Shown: positions 61,701 through 64,000 of the stretch, one piece after another
Position numbering within the stretch: position 1 is the first letter of the stretch
Layout of the letters: each line of letters begins with the position of its first letter
Source of the DNA: Azolla caroliniana
Taxonomy: Eukaryota; Plantae; Polypodiophyta
DNA: 64,000 nucleotides
NCBI GenBank assembly: GCA_043228905.1
Contig: JBHGNT010000011.1
Location: 20,956,001-21,020,000, forward strand
Direction of reading: 5' to 3'
The notes under the pieces: generated by a model
The model's database searches: none
Seen by the model: the letters and a program-made list of their open reading frames with translations, nothing else
What the model was told of the DNA's origin: nothing
Program-made: the position numbers and the translations under genes

Positions 61701-64000
61701 AAATAATTACTAAACCAGTATAACTACCTAAATGTTGAGAGAACATTTTTCGTTAAACATTCTAAGTCGCCTGGAAAAGAACAATAAGATTGGAGTTTAA
61801 AACAAAACATTCATTCTAAGCTGCGTGGAAAAGAATATTAACATTGGAGTTTAAAACAAAACGTTTTGGAGTTGTGTTGATTTGTTGATCTCAAAGATAA
61901 GACAATATTTTAAGATTTAATCTATTGTTCGTCTCATACGCCATTTTGGCCAATTAAAAAAGTTATGAAATGTTTCATTCTTTCTCTTATGATTGCAACG
62001 ATGGGCTCAGATTCTTGCATATTCGGATTTCATTTCTACCAATATGCATATCTGAATTCTTGGCACACCAACTTCCATGGAATTATTATAGTAATAACTT
62101 CCTGCACGTTCAGATTTCATTTTCACCAATATGCATATCTGAATTCTTGGCGACACCAACTTCCATGCAATTGCAGGGCAGAAGCAAACACACACACACT
62201 CGAGATAAAAACTAGACTCCTTTCAAGTTTAGCATAGAAATTTGAACAAGTTTAGGTACCTTTTCACTGTGTTCATCTTGAGTCCTTTGTAGTGAACCAT
62301 TAAGCGTACAGTCATACCCAAATCATGTCTGTAAGTAACACACCAATACAGATTGTTTTACCACAATATTATTAAATTCACCACAATATCAGGCTAATAA
62401 TCCTGTAGCATTTAAAAATTATTCTTAATCAGCTTTGGAAATGTGTAAATGATAAAGAAATGAACATTGTTATATATATTATTGGTATACCAGAAATCTC
62501 AATTCACATTTATACCTTCAAAACATCACTAACAGGGAACTCAGGAAATATAATGCTGTCACATATTATCAGTCGAAGATTTTCTATGTCAAACGATATT
62601 ATTATTGCTGTCCAGAAATGTTATTTATAGTCTACTTTCGTTTTCTTTCTTGAAGAATCTTAGGTTTTTCAAGTCATACTGTTCCTTTTTTGTTTGTATT
62701 TAATAAGAAGGAAAGAAGGGATTAAATTTTTGAATTGCAAAAACATTCAACATGTAATGCGATCACCTCAAAAGTTCCTCAAAAAATAATGGGTTACGTT
62801 TCAGGTCCTCTGGAGGCATAGCACCATACTTTTCACTGAACTGGCCTTTGAGCATATCTGGCTTAATATCTGGATATGAAACTTGGCTTAGAGAGATAAA
62901 AGTAGCATCATAACACAGACAATTCAGTAAGAGCTTCCAAGAAGCATTGAGAAGATGAAATTCAGCCATTACTTGTTTTTCATACAAAATTTAAAACAAG
63001 AACCGTTCATATTACAAAAAAATATGAATTGCCAAGGTGATCAGCTACAGCTCAAACTCACAAAAACCAAAAGCATATATCTTGATGGACTTCAGCTTCA
63101 TAACAGTCACGTTTTTCAGTCCTACACCAGCTAAAACCTGGTATAGATTGAACATATAATAGCCCTTGTAAGCAGCATTCCCATGGTATTTTATCATTTT
63201 GATGATCATTAGAAAAAAAGTACTATATTAATCACTTTTAAGTTCAGATTGCTGTAGCATTATGAACCACATATAATCCTTAAATATTTAGAATCTATAC
63301 CAAAGAGATACCTTCCATTTGCTACTTTTCAAAGAAAAAATCACAAATGAATCCAATTTGGACAATATAGCATGGCGACATTTGTGGATCCAAATTTCAA
63401 AGAGAAGGTGGTATATGTTAAGGAAAATCAAAGAATTGGTGAGGACCAATGAGATCTAGAAGCAGTAAACCATCTATCAAAGTTTTTGATTATCAAATTA
63501 GATCAAGAGTACTTTCTTTTGAGATTGCATTGATACTTGTCGTTTAGTAACCCTATATATTGTTCCTTCATATTGAAGCTGAGACTCCAATAGAAGCTCA
63601 TATAGCACAGACAATCAAAGAAAGCATGTGGCACAGACAACACTATAATGCAAATTTCCCTCTCAAATCATGGCTGGGCATCCGGGAAAAGGTAGCGTAA
63701 GGTACATTTTCAAATTCACTGGTGTGAAAAGTTTACCTGCATATTGGAACAAAACGGTTGGTTTTGACCAGAACCATGACAAAGGAATACTGGAAACTGG
63801 AAACCAGTCTTTGGTTCTATAATAATCTGCTCAACATCATCTTTAAGTTGATTTCGTAAGTGAATCAGTGATGCAGTAATATCACATGAAGCCACCTCCT
63901 GCTGAGGATAGTTATTTTCAGGTGATGATTCAATATCAGCTTCATCAACATCAGATGGTAGTAATTTGGGCCTAGCGAAAACAATCCTTGAGTTACAAAA
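58768..64000 (-). CDS. FAP2: Chalcone-isomerase-fold fatty-acid-binding protein (FAP2-like), 5' part outside the window
   Basis: Exons (minus strand, GT-AG, phases consistent): >64000-63737, 63137-63062, 62869-62767, 62328-62260, 59429-59393, 59301-59227, 59129-59078, 58992-58948, 58865-58768. Peptide includes IEPKTGFQFP, KSIKIYAFGFY, FFEELLR, MTVRLMVHYKGL, AFDGSLRNRL, GTIIDFQR, IGSIHSHDFCRAFFDIYIGNPPVS. Confidence 0.88.
59690..61005 (+). mobile_element. RTE-like LINE 3' fragment (different subfamily) in a FAP intron
   Basis: VDKTKMMVV..FKYLGI (duplicated), LLYGVEVWGG, IEKIQK, a degenerate C-terminal finger (..DEHQMLFTCSAY) and an (aatct)n tail at ~60990-61005. Confidence 0.75.
61000..61700 (-). 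mobile_element. Short RTE LINE fragments and 3' ends
   Basis: YRIIVIGHYLAK (RT) at ~61230. 3'-UTR copies with gaggccaaaatggcctataaga at ~61361 and a variant at ~61625. Confidence 0.65.

Noticed and set aside
40903-64000. Functional gene cluster (iron carrier + SA receptor + CHI-fold protein)
   Set aside because: No shared pathway can be supported from sequence; adjacency of unrelated genes is normal in plant genomes.

Overview
Eukaryotic, AT-rich land-plant genomic DNA. The long TE-filled introns and abundant RTE LINEs suggest a fern or other non-seed plant, but that is inference only. Four spliced host genes can be rebuilt by hand from splice sites and codon phase: a GATA26/27-type (subfamily IV) GATA factor (+, 19263-32610, 8 exons), a mitoferrin-type mitochondrial carrier (-, 40903-44504, 2 exons), an NPR1-family BTB/ankyrin salicylic-acid receptor homologue (+, 49555-57277, 4 exons, one GC-AG intron) and a chalcone-isomerase-fold FAP2-like gene (-, 58768 to beyond the window end). 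The first ~15 kb is a TE graveyard: PPR pseudogene pieces, a rearranged L1-type LINE, an LTR carrying a tRNA-like module, and a decayed Ty1/copia element containing a nested solo LTR and a hAT MITE. Introns and intergenic DNA hold RTE LINEs, solo LTRs, a Mutator remnant, several ~120-bp tandem duplications and a near-perfect 52-bp-arm hairpin. The best leads are the NPR homologue that keeps its SA-binding Arg and an EAR-like motif but lacks the redox cysteines, the tRNA-like LTR, the twin-priming-like LINE and the intronic hairpin. No prokaryote-type system (CRISPR etc.) is present.
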